A stretch of DNA of 64,000 nucleotides from Cenococcum geophilum (Eukaryota). A program made the translations under genes and the position numbers. This document shows, piece after piece, positions 37,745-50,000 of the stretch (positions within the stretch are counted from its first letter, which is position 1; every line of letters begins with the position of its first letter). The stretch is from contig CP158636.1 in NCBI GenBank assembly GCA_050273025.1, forward strand, positions 5,270,001 to 5,334,000, in the 5' to 3' direction. Under the pieces are notes generated by a model. The model saw only the letters and a list, made by a program, of their open reading frames with translations, was not told the origin of the DNA and made no database searches.

Positions 37745-40700
37745 AGACAATAATTAAGAAATAAAAAAAGGAGCTCTTGCTGCACCCGGCCTAAAAAGAC
37801 CAAAACCAACTAAAAGAACCCTGAAAAACACCTAGAGAATCCCCTTAAGATGCATATATTGCAGGGGAGGCATATATTAAACAACAGTGGCTTATACTCG
37901 CGTGCGACCGCTAGAACTACGCCTAGTAATGGCCCTCTATAATAAAGATGGGTAAATACTATACTATAAAGCGGAAATACCTCTATTAAGAAGGCATCTA
38001 ATAAAATATAAAGCCTATTAAACGCGTCTAGTATCTAAAATTATAGGGGAGTAACCGTTAGCTATAATAAACTAATACAGCTAGCAGAATGGCTCCGCTA
38101 GTCTAGTAAACCTTAGGCGCCCCTCTAGCAAACCCTTAATTAAATCCTCTAACGGCTAAGTAAAATTAAAAATAAGTATAACCCCCCCTTACTAGCGAAC
38201 CGCACCTAGGCTGCTATAGCTATACTTTTACAGCATAGGGAACCTATTTCCCTTAAGTTAATAACTGGGTATATAATTATAATATAACTAAATATAAAAT
38301 AAGTAGAGGGGCTTAGGGGATAATTAGAAACAGAAGTCCTTATAAAGATACGTAAAGAGGTCTATAACGCTATTATAGTCCAACACCTTAAGAGCGGAGA
38401 TATTAGAGTTACCTTAAAGGACTAATAGGCAAAGGAATGAGCTGTAAGGGTAGGGGATAGGCTAGGAGAACGTATTGGTATAAAAGTACTCTATAAGGAT
38501 TACCTAGTTAAAGTCCTAGCGGTTCTTATAAGCCTTAGGGTAGAAAAGGGACGCTAGGCAGACAACATAGCAATTATATAAGAGATAGTAAGACAAACGG
38601 AACGCCTTATACTAGGACTTGAAATTACCTAAATCTAATAGCTTTAATAGGAAAATGCAAACTAAGCATATAATAAGAATAATAAAAAGATATAAAGGTT
38701 ACTAAAGACTTGCTAGGGAGACGCTGGACGAATATATAGCTCCCTTATTGTTAGTATATATATACTAGGAATGCAAAAACTCCTTATCTAAAAAGGAATA
38801 ATTATAAATGGCCTTATATATAATACAAGACTCTATAACTACAGACTATACCTAGAATAATACTATTGCTATATATAATAGGGACACACCCAATCTATAT
38901 GCGTAGTATAGGTATACTACGGCCACTGTATAGGCCCCCACGATATAAAACATTACTTAAATTAAGACTAAATAAAATGCGCGAACTGCTACTAAAGTAT
39001 ATATAAGGCGTAGGAGAGAGAAAACTGCATTAAATATAGGAGACGGAAGGTAAGGGCTTAATAGCTACGGGAATAACTGCACGCTAGGTTATATAAATGG
39101 AAATAATAGGTAATAAGCTAGGGGGACGTAGGCGCCTTTCTAGCGTTTTCTACCTTTAATACTGGAGGGCTAGGCTAGCTATCCCAAGCCTTAACGGGCT
39201 AGAAGCGACGCTGTGCGATATTACTAGACTAATTAGGGATATAAGGGTCATAGGGGATATAAGGGAGAGGATGCCCTGTAGGAAGACCCTTATGGATAGC
39301 GACAGCAGGCTTAAGACTAGGATAATTAAGAATTAGACTTAATACGGCAAATATAATATTTATAGCCGACCTATAAAGGGTATATAGCCGACTAGTAAGA
39401 ATAGGGAAAGAATTGGTAATAATAATAGATTTAGATATAGAAGCGCTAATAGGAATATAAGATACGGGAATGGAAAGCTCTATATAAAATAAGTAGTAAC
39501 TAGGGTGTAGATATAAGAGATAGAAGCTCTAAATATCCTAGAGAAAGTGGAAATAAAAGAAGCGAGGAATAAAGGAGAGTTAAAGGACCCTTACTAGGGG
39601 TCCGCTACCTATCTATTATATAGTATAACTACGGTAACACAAACTACCGCCTTATAAGGCCCTTACTAGACAGTCTAGACTTAGAGAAATACTATATCCT
39701 TACTATATAAGAACCGTATTATAATACCTTTATATAATTAATATACTGCCCCTAAGGATTTTAGCTCTTATATAAACTAAAAGTAGCTATACGCGTGTAC
39801 TTTATAATTAGTAAGGCTATTAGCCTATCCTTATAGTTATAGTAGGTAGTTAACCTAGATATTGCAGTTATAATAATCTAAATATATAGGGGACTGGTAT
39901 AAATTATTAATGTATATAACCCTAGGGTTAAAGGGATCCCATAAATAGAGAATATTATATTGGTAATAAGCTTACTAGAAACTAAAGGTATAAAGTTTAT
40001 CCTACTAGGAGATATAAACCTCTACTACCTGCGGTAGGGGGGTATCTATATTGCTATAGATTAATAGTTAGAGTACCTACTAAGAGCTATAAATATCTGG
40101 GGCCTTAAGCTAGCTACCCCCCTAGGAGTAATTATATGGTAATAAGGTACCGCCAGAAGTATAATTAACCTTATATTTATGGACGAAGGCCTATATTAGA
40201 GACTTAAAAGGTATAACCCTAAAGAAGAATGGGCACTTACCCTAGACTATATCCCTATCTAGATATAGCTAGACCTAGATACTAAAGCGCAACTAAATAG
40301 AAAAAGATATATAATAAGGAAGCTTAAGATAAATAGTTTCCTTAATGCAGTTAAATAATAACTCTAAAACCTAGAAGAAATCCACCTAATACTAAATAAG
40401 CGAGGCTTATTGGCCACCCCTAAGGAAATTAACCGAAGACTAGAAAGGATCTAGGCAGTAATTAAAAATAGGCTAGAAGAGTACTGCCCAATCTTAAAAC
40501 TGGGCCCCTATGCGCGATATATATGGTTTATATAATGCGCAGTTCTAGTTACTAGCTAATAATGAGTAAGAAGGAAATATATAAGTAGCTATGACCTTAA
40601 AGATAAGAGATGATATAAAGATATAAGAAACTAGCTAAAGAATACCCTAAAAAAGAAGTAAGGAATAACTGGAGACGGTTTATAAATAAGTATACTTCTA

Positions 40701-43301
40701 ACCTAAGCCTCCCCTATAATAAGGGCCTTTAGGCTATAGCGAAATAGGTAAAGAAAAAGGTAGGGCGTTTAGTAGAAGACCTATACCTACCACCCCTATA
40801 AAGAGTAGGAGAATTATAGGCTATAAATGACAACAATAAGAAGGCAAAGATCCTTATAAAAAGGTTTTTCCCCTAACCGGCTTTAGTAGACTTTAGTAAT
40901 ATTATAGGCGAAACACCAGTAACTCGCCTGCGGGTTAACAGCGACATAATAATAGAGGAAATGGCTAGAACTATTAGCCGCCTTTTAAATAATATAGCAC
41001 TAGGACTAGATGGGATTCTAAATAAGGCCCTAAAAACCTATGGGCTACTTATAGCACCTTAGCTTATAGATATAGCTAGAGTATGCTTTGCTATAGGCTA
41101 TTACTCGCGACTCGGAAGATCTATAATAACAGTTATCCTATAAAAAGAAGGTAAAGCAGATTACTTAATCCCAGGAAGCTACTGCCCTATTGCCTTAGAA
41201 AACACCCTTAGTAAGATCTTAGAAAGGGTAATAGCGGAACGTATAGTAGATACGGTAGAGGAATATACCTTATTACTACAAAGCTAAATAGGGGTAAGAA
41301 AGAACCGCTTAACACTATTAGCACTTACGCTACTCGCTACTACTATTAAATCTATATAGGCGATGCGAAAGGACTTTGTAGTATTAATACTTAGCCTAAA
41401 TATTAATAGTGCCTACGATAATATACCCTATGAGTGTCTTTTGTATATCCTTAGGGTAAAGGGCTTCCTAGAATAGATTATCTAATTTATCTAAGGGTTT
41501 ATAGGCTAGAAAGAAATATTACTGGTCTTTAGCGGATACTAGAGCCCCCCTATTATAGTTACAACAGGAATACCATAAGGATTACCCCTCTCGCCTATAC
41601 TCTTTCTTTTCTTTATAAGCAACCTACTTAACTCCTTTAAGGAAGGGGCGACCTAGGGGATAGGCTTCGTTAATAACATAAACCTAATTATATACGGGCT
41701 AATAGCCGTAAAGAATTGCAGAATACTAGAGAAAGCCTATAACACTTATATAAAATAGGCAAAACGTTATAGAGTCTAATTCTTACTAGAGAAATACTAG
41801 CTAATCCATTTTATAAGAAAATGTAACTAATCTATAAATCTCTAGTATATAATTCGCATCTAAGGCTTTAGGGGTTAACCAGTTTAGGGCCTAAGGGTAT
41901 TAGGAGTATGGGTAGATAGTAAGCTCCGGTGGAGCGTATATGCGGCGTAAGCAGCCCATAAAGGCTAAGTATAGTTTATCGCTTTATCTAGGATTGTTAA
42001 CTCTATATAGGGTCCATGCTTCTAGAGGTTACGCCTACTATATATAGCAGTCGTCCGGCTAACTATAATATATAGATCCAGTATTTGGGCCATTAAAGAA
42101 ACTAAGAAGGGCCCCCCTAAATTACTCCTTAAACCACTTTAAAAGGTCTAAATAGCCTACCTTTAGAGTATTATAGGCGGGTATAAGCGAACAGCTATAG
42201 CACTGCTTAAGAAGGAATCCAATATTCCCCCCCTATAGTTATATATTAAAGCCGCTGCAATATAAAGAACGTAAAATAAATATAACTCTAATGTTATAAA
42301 GTATATTAAGATACGCCTAAGTAAACTATAGAGGGACCCTAAGGTGCCCTATAGGAGAATAAACTAATAACCCTAAAGTAGGGAAGAGATATTAGAGAAA
42401 TAGGTAAAGAAAGCAGAAGAAAAATAGTGCCGCTTTAGGGCCTAGGCCTATATAAAGAAGAAAGGGAGACGCGTAAGAGGTTAGCAAAAATAATAGTAAG
42501 ATAGAGAAAGGAGCTAAAGTAGAATATATAAGAACGCTAGGAAACTATCTACCGTAATATAATACTGGTTGGACTAATACTAAAGAGGTAAATAGGAGTT
42601 AAAGGTATAGAGGCTAACTTAGGTAAGATAAACCTAAGCTATAGTATGGTTAACGCTATAGGGGGTAAATACCTAAGGGCTCTAAGAAGGCCTAATAAAG
42701 GTAGAAAATATAATAGCAATACTCTTAAGAATAGGAATAATAGGACTAAAAGATTAGCTTTACTAGGTGGGTATTCTAGTAGGTAGCTCGAGATGTAAAT
42801 ATGGCTAGCCAAGACAGACACCAAAACACGTAATACTGCTATGCCCCCTACGCACTAATTAAGAAATAATACTCTTAGCAGCTAGCATAGAGAACTATAA
42901 TACACTGCTCTTAATATAAAAAGGCCTTAAGGCGGTTACCTAGTGGCTTATTAGTTAAAATGTGCTAAATTAGTTCTGGGTTGTAAGGGAAATGGTAATA
43001 AAAGGCAAGGGGGCGAGCAGTAGGTGCCCCCTAGTAACTCTATAGTAGTAGAGTAATAGTTTATAATACTAGCACGTCTATAGGCTTGTTACGGCAGCAG
43101 TGATTCCTAAGGAGGTTAAATAGTAAGGTAGTAGAGCACTATAGGCGACTTATAGGCACTAAGTAGGCGAGTCCTAAAAGGCGGGGAGATAGATTATGGG
43201 GTTTTCTCATTTTTCTTAAATAGAGTTTTCTCCCTATATGTAAATAAGAAGTAGTCTGCGTAGGCCCAATAGGGATCCGAATCGGACGTTAAGCAACGAA
43301 T
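37745..43301 (+). mobile_element. LINE-2: full-length Tad1-like LINE, same family as LINE-1, RIPed
   Basis: TSD of about 21-23 bp TATTATTAATAAAGGAATAYAAT (37722-37744, 43302-43324) inside the Copia C integrase. Differs from LINE-1 mainly by transitions. Confidence 0.92.
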
Positions 43302-43739
43302 TATTATTAATAAAGGAATACAATTTTAAGCTAGTAGATAGCTATAAAGCATTAGCGCCAAATATATATAGGATATACTATAAATGTGCTAGATTAACAT
43401 ATATTTAGGACCTCTTAATATAATTATATATAATATAGGCAAGAACTTTATAAGTAAGGAATTTAAGCAGTACGCTATAATATTTAAAATAATTATAAAA
43501 AGCGTACCCGTTAAAGCCTATAACTTAATTAAAATAGTAAAACGCTATTACGGTCCCCTTCGCCGTATATACCATATTATTACTATAAAACTACTAAACA
43601 TTAATAAAGATATAGCTCTATAAATAGCTTTTAAGGCAATTAATAATTTAGTAGGCCCTAACGGCCTTATATCTACCTTACTAGTATTTAGAGCTTACCC
43701 GCGTATAGTAGAATTTAATATACCTAACCCTATAGTTAT

Positions 43740-46700
43740 TGTTAGAAACACAGAGTGACTTACCAATAACAACTACTCGAGTAGGGTTATAGTGATGTTG
43801 GTTAATTCTTTTTAATAGGAATAAGGAAAGGGGTGAGGAACTTAAGGTTCCTTACTACGCTAGGGCCACGTCGACACGTGACGGCAATATGCTTTATATG
43901 ACGGCAACTTGCCTTATTCCCGACACTAGCAACTCTTCTTTTTATGGTTGCTATATATATATATATAAATAGACAGTATATAACAATACTAGACAATATA
44001 TAATAAAACCAGACAATATATAATAAAACCAGACGATATATAATAATACGGCAGTTAGTAGAATTTGGTAGATAACGTAAAGATGGGTAGGCCGCTAAGA
44101 CGCTAGTAGTAAGCAAGCTAATGGCGATTTTCTATACCGGGTATAGAAAATCCTAATTGGTTAGCAGAAGTCCATACCACCACCTAAATTAATTAGGCGC
44201 AGCGCTCTTAGCAAGGATTTAACTAATTAGATAACTTTAACCGGCGGTTAAAGTTTTATAAGATCTTAACTTCTCTAAATTTCCCTCTTAACCTAACCTT
44301 TAACTTATATATGTAGAGTATTTATATTAACAAACGTCTCTAGTGCCTTATTTAGGTTTGCCTTCATTATTATATCTACTAGGTTATCTTAGCCATTAAT
44401 CTATTAGATTTTAAAGAGTTTTTAACGCTTATAGGACTGCTAAAGTGCCATAATATCGATTATAAGACGCTTCTCCTTTATAGTACTAAGCTTAACTAAA
44501 CACTTATAGAGGGAATATAAGTTGGTATATATAATTATAGAAATAGCGGGAAGTTCGAGCCGGTCTATAATTATCTTAAGGGTAGTTCTAATTATAATTG
44601 CTATATTAACTCCGCCGACTATTCTATATATCTCTAACGCTAGAACGCTTTAAGTAACATACTTACTCTTAGTTAAGCTCTAATAGATAAGGTTGCCGTA
44701 GATTATAAAATTATTCTCTCCAGTAGATTTATTTGCGATAATAATCTTATATCCTAGCTAGGAGCTAAAATCTTTATTATTTATAAACGATCCATTAACG
44801 AATATAAAGAGCTTAGCGGTAGGAAAGTTAATAGGCACGTAGAGTAGTCCCCTATTAAGATAGTTTATTTACTAAAAAAGACGCTTATTTAGGGTAAGAA
44901 TATTATCCTTAATTAGTTCCTAGTGTTAAGCGGCAATAGAGAGATTAAAGGAAGCCTTAGGTTAATAGATAGAAGCCATATAAGCTCCGCGAGCGCGTTA
45001 CTCCACATATCCTTACTTTAGAGAATTAACGTTAATAACGTCAATCTTCTTACCTTAACCCTTCTAGCGTAGAGCAATGGAGCCCTTATTTAGGGAGAGG
45101 ATACATCTATTAAAGAGTAATAGTATTACTAAGTTAAGTCTTTCCTTTAGCTTTGCTATAAGGTTTGCCTTTACTAGCTTATCTTCTTTAAGAGCTAAGA
45201 ATTAGTCGTCTCCTAAGATAATTATATCGTCCGTTTATATGCCGATAATTCTAAATAAAGTTCCCGTAGTTATAATAAGAAAGCAGGAATTAAATATAAA
45301 AGTAGTTATTAAAAGCTTCTCCTTATAGTGCTTGCTATAGGTAGCCTACCAATAAGTTCCTACCTCTGCGATTCTATATAATGGCTTAAGTATAACCATA
45401 ATCATATCCTCGGGATATTAGTGGCAAATTTACTCTAGAAGGTATGCTAATATTAAGCGCTAAAGGCGCGTCTCTGATTAGGTATAGGCCTAAGTAATAT
45501 CTTATAGGTAAACCGCTATCCTATTCTTTATTAAGGAGGGAGCTAGCGTAATAATAACTCGTTAACTAGCTCGTTAAATTATAGGGGATTACATAAGGAT
45601 TACTTCCTTACCGTTATCGTTATAACCTTAAATAACTAGCCTTAACTTCTTAAATGGGGTATTAGTAGCTTTACCTTTAATCTTATTAACTATTCTTAAC
45701 TTAAATATACGGACTCTATCGAACTTAGTAGGGTCGTATTTCTTAAATTTAAAGACTCCTTTTGCAATAAGACCGTCGATCTCTTGCTTATTAGATGCTT
45801 AAAAAGGAGCTCCTAAAGTTATAATGCGGCCTTTCTTTTAGAGCTATTTTACAAGTTTAAAGTTAGCCTTCTCTTTAGCTGTTATAAAGGCCATTAATAG
45901 TTTATCTTTATTCTTAATAGTAGTAATAAATTGCTCTTTAAAATTGATAAGATATTAGCAATTTTATAATCCCTTTAGGCGACCTCTACCGCGTTATAGT
46001 TGCGGTACGTCTACTACAATTATATTAGAATTGCCTTTACCTTCTAAAATACGTTAATTATAGTTCTCCTCTAGGGTATCCTCTAGGGTATCCTATAAAG
46101 GCTCAGAGCTATTATCCCTATAGTAGGGCTTAACAATAGTTAAGTGGAATTAAGTGGGTTTATAGAGCATCTAAAGAGTATAAGTTTAACTATTAATTGC
46201 AATAAGTTTATATGGGCCTAACTATCCTCCCTTTTTACGCCATACGCATACCTCCAATTGGAGTGGCAGATTAAGCGTAGTTAAGGTATTTAGGCTATTT
46301 CTTATTCCTAGTGCGTCGTTAACCTAGCGCGTGGCGTAAAGACGTCGTACCTCCTTTATTACCTTGCGAATAGCCTTAGCTTATTATATAATAGAGGGAG
46401 ATAATAGAGAATCGTTAGTTATTTAAGGGTAGGCGCTAAAGACTAGTAACGTAGGTACGAGCCTATCTAGGCTAGTGGTATTATTAATAGCCTTAACAGC
46501 CATCTATAGGATAAGCTCTTTGCTAGCACCCTTTAGTTCTAAAGAAATAATCTTATATACGCGGCGTAATGGCGTATAATATCGTTCTACTTTTTTAATA
46601 CTATTATATGCCTTAACGGGGACTTCCTTAACCTTAATTATTATTGCCTTTACCTATTATTAAAACTCTATAGATAAGAAGTTCTTTCCTATATTATAAA

Positions 46701-49700
46701 TAATTTAATTAGGGGGTCCTAGGTAGATATTAATCCAGTATAATTAAAGAGTATCCTATGCGTTCCTAGCTAACATATCTTTTAAAAAGCGTGCAGCTTA
46801 AAAGGAGGTTAAGAAGTTAATAACTTGGAGTACTGGCTTGCCGCTAAGATATATAACATCTATAATAATGCAGAAGTTAAAGTCGTAGTTATTTTTAAGA
46901 GTAAACTTAAATCGGCTAGGGGACTTCTAGTTCATTTAGCAGTGGTGGCAGTACTTTATAAGATGTTTAATTACCTTAACCTTAACTTTATAACCTACTT
47001 ACTAAAGGACCCTAAGTAATTAGTAAACAGATAGGTGGCCAAAACGATAGTGTAGTTAACGTAACTCTAACTTAGTTAGGTGGCTTTAAGTAACGCTCCT
47101 TTCTAGCTGTTAAAGGAGCAACTAAGGGTGACCCTACTTGCGTATAACGGGCACCTGATTATCTCCCTAGATAAGTATATTCTTAAGGTTATCAAGCTTA
47201 ATACCTAATTTATCTATATCTTAGATGCAGAATAGGAATAGGGTATTTGCGGGGATAATATGGAAAGTAATATATCCTAACGGGGTTTAGACCTTAATTG
47301 TGCTAAGAGAGATTATAGTACCCTTACTAAAGCAAATTATATATTGGCCTGCTATTAATTAGTTAATCTAAATAAAGCTATTAAGCTACTAAAGAGCTCG
47401 AACTTAAGGCTCTCCTACTATAGATACTCCTGCGGCTCTAGTATCTAGCATAATACTATAGAAGACGTTCGCCAAGTATCTATCGTTAAAGGAGAACGCG
47501 GAACTTTCCTTTAGCTTATTAAAGATATTTAACTTTATAATAGAATAGAGCGTAGATTGGTTATTAAGGATAGCGACGGTTTATATGCCATTTACCTCAC
47601 TATACTTAGTAAAGTATTAGTTAGGAGAGTAGTCCTCAATTTCTATATCTATAAGGAGCTATTCGGCCTCATTAACCTTACCCTTAAGATCTTCTTCGCC
47701 TTTATATTAAACCAGGAAGTTTTAAAAGTAGGCTATAGTAACCTCTTAGTTTCTAACGTTTTATGCGCTTTAGCGAAACCTATTATATACCTCCTTTTAT
47801 CTATTAAGAGGGTGTCTAGTTAACTAGCAATTTGGCTTCTTATAAACGTAGCACTTCTTCTAATAATTGCTCCAAAGTAAACCTCCATAAGGACCTCCAT
47901 AATTACCTCATAGTCGACGTTAATTATACCCTTTACTATATCCCCTACCACGTCCACTATATATTTAATCAGTCCAGTTATAATCATGTTAGTTAGCCAG
48001 GTCGATTAAGGTAGGTTAGAGTTAGGCGTTAAATTGCTATACTTCTTAAGAGCGTAGAGCGGTGCTAATAGAGGATCTTAATTAAGTATATACTCCTTCG
48101 TAAGTACTTATAGGGTTAAAGAGAGCGAGATTGCATTCTTCAATACCTTAGCATGCGCTAATAACTTAATTATATAGGCTAAGGTCCTCTTAATATAATT
48201 TAGATAAACCACGCTAAATTATCTAAAGTTAATTAAAGAGCTTTTAAAGATAATTAAGCCGAGAGACACCTGGGTTCGTAGTAATGATTCTTAGGAAGGT
48301 AGTCTCTTTCTACTCCAATATATATTGCTGCTTATTCTCTTCTATTTTAAAGTAGCATCTTATCTTATATATTATTTAGTTAAAATTATATCCTTTTCCT
48401 ACCAAACGATTATAATAGAAGGTACTAGCGCGGCCCTTAAGCATAACGGAATAGGCGTTATAATATTAGTTAGGTTCTAGTCTAACCTTCTAGCAATAGT
48501 TATAGAAGATATGTAGCTTCGAATTAAGGATATTATATAGTTCCCCGCCAAACTTCTTCTCCTAGTCCGTATAGAGCTTTATAAGCTCTATAAGCATTTT
48601 TAAGGTGCCTCTAAGTGGTATTAAACTATATTAAAATTGCATTAGAGATTAAGGTAGGGATTGCTTTATAGGCTGCAGTAGAGATATAGGGCTTAGTAGA
48701 ACACGGCGTAGTACCTAATCTTCCTATAGTAGAGTTTAAAGGTTATTAAATCGCGAAGTAAGGGGATCTTGCGCTTGCTCTTAAGGGGTAGTAGTTAATA
48801 TTACTAGTTAAATTAGTAGATCCTAGGGAGCTGGAGATAGAGGTAGAAGCGATAGATATAGAACGTAAGAACTTATGCCTAAAGTAATGGAATTAGAGCG
48901 CGTCTCTATTGGCGTATTATTTAGATTCTATTATAAGTTAAGCTTCCTCTTAGTGCGTAGTTGGTGCTTAACCTCTTATAGAGTCCATTCGTGCTCTTTT
49001 TTTGCGTTAATGACTTACTCCTAAATATTATCTCTAATAGCACCCCTATCTATAGGGATAAATACTCTATTCTCTTGAAGGAAGTTATAGAAGTCTTATA
49101 CGACGTCCTTCTTCGCGAGAGCCTATATTTCCTTTATCTATCTAATAAAGTCCTCCTTTATATAATACTATAGCTCGGTATTATTATATTTGCTATCTAT
49201 ATAGTATACTATACAGTATACTAAGAATCCGTTTAGGTCCTATTCCTTAGCGTTTATAGGGTTAATGTCTATATCCTATATCTCCAGGTTAATACTTTTC
49301 TCGTACTTCTTTAGGTAAGTTAACGCTATAGTAGGTATAGAATTAACGGGGTGTCGTACGTCAAAGGTAGGTAGGGTTTTTGGCTTTGTAGAATCTCGTA
49401 GGTTTGCTGTTAAAAGGTAGGTAATTAAGATATTATTAACGCATTTTAGACGTTAACTTTAGGACCATAGGTTTAGTAATACTTCTAACCTAAAGTACTT
49501 AACCAAATCTTTATATGCGTAGTTGTTTAACGCGTTTTAGACGTTAATTTTAGAACCGTAGGTTTAGTAACACTTCTAACCTAAAGTACTTAACTAAATC
49601 TTTATAAACGTGGTTATTCTATATAATAGACGCAACTTGGTATCTCCTAGTACTTAGTAACACTTCTATTACTAGTTTTTTGCAAGTCTAAGGTAGCATA

Positions 49701-50000
49701 GTATCGCCGGGATCCATTCCATATAAGCGCATATGGCACCCCTATATAAGACTATCTCTTCTATTCAAAAACCTAGCTGCTCTATAGTTAACTGTATATT
49801 TAACCACTAATTAGTATTGGAAACATAGGGTGACTCACTAATAACGACTACTTGAGTAGGGTTACAGTAATATTAGTTGATTTTTTTTAATAGGAATGAG
49901 GAAAGGGGTGAGGAACTTAAGGTTCCTCACTACGCTAGGGCCACGTCGACACGTGACGGCAATATGCTTTATGCGACGGCAACTTGCCTCATTCCTAACA
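43740..50000 (-). mobile_element. Copia E: Ty1/Copia (GalEa-like), RIPed; 186-bp LTRs 43740-43925 and 49815-50000
   Basis: TSD GTTAT (43735-43739, 50001-50005). pol is a near-identical reverse complement of Copia A pol. CTAATTAGTGG after the 5' LTR on the minus strand. Confidence 0.92.

Noticed and set aside
44100..44160. Hammerhead ribozyme in module Y
   Set aside because: De-RIPed CTGATGG does not match the CUGAnGA core, and GAAA lies inside a stem; the three-way junction cannot be built.
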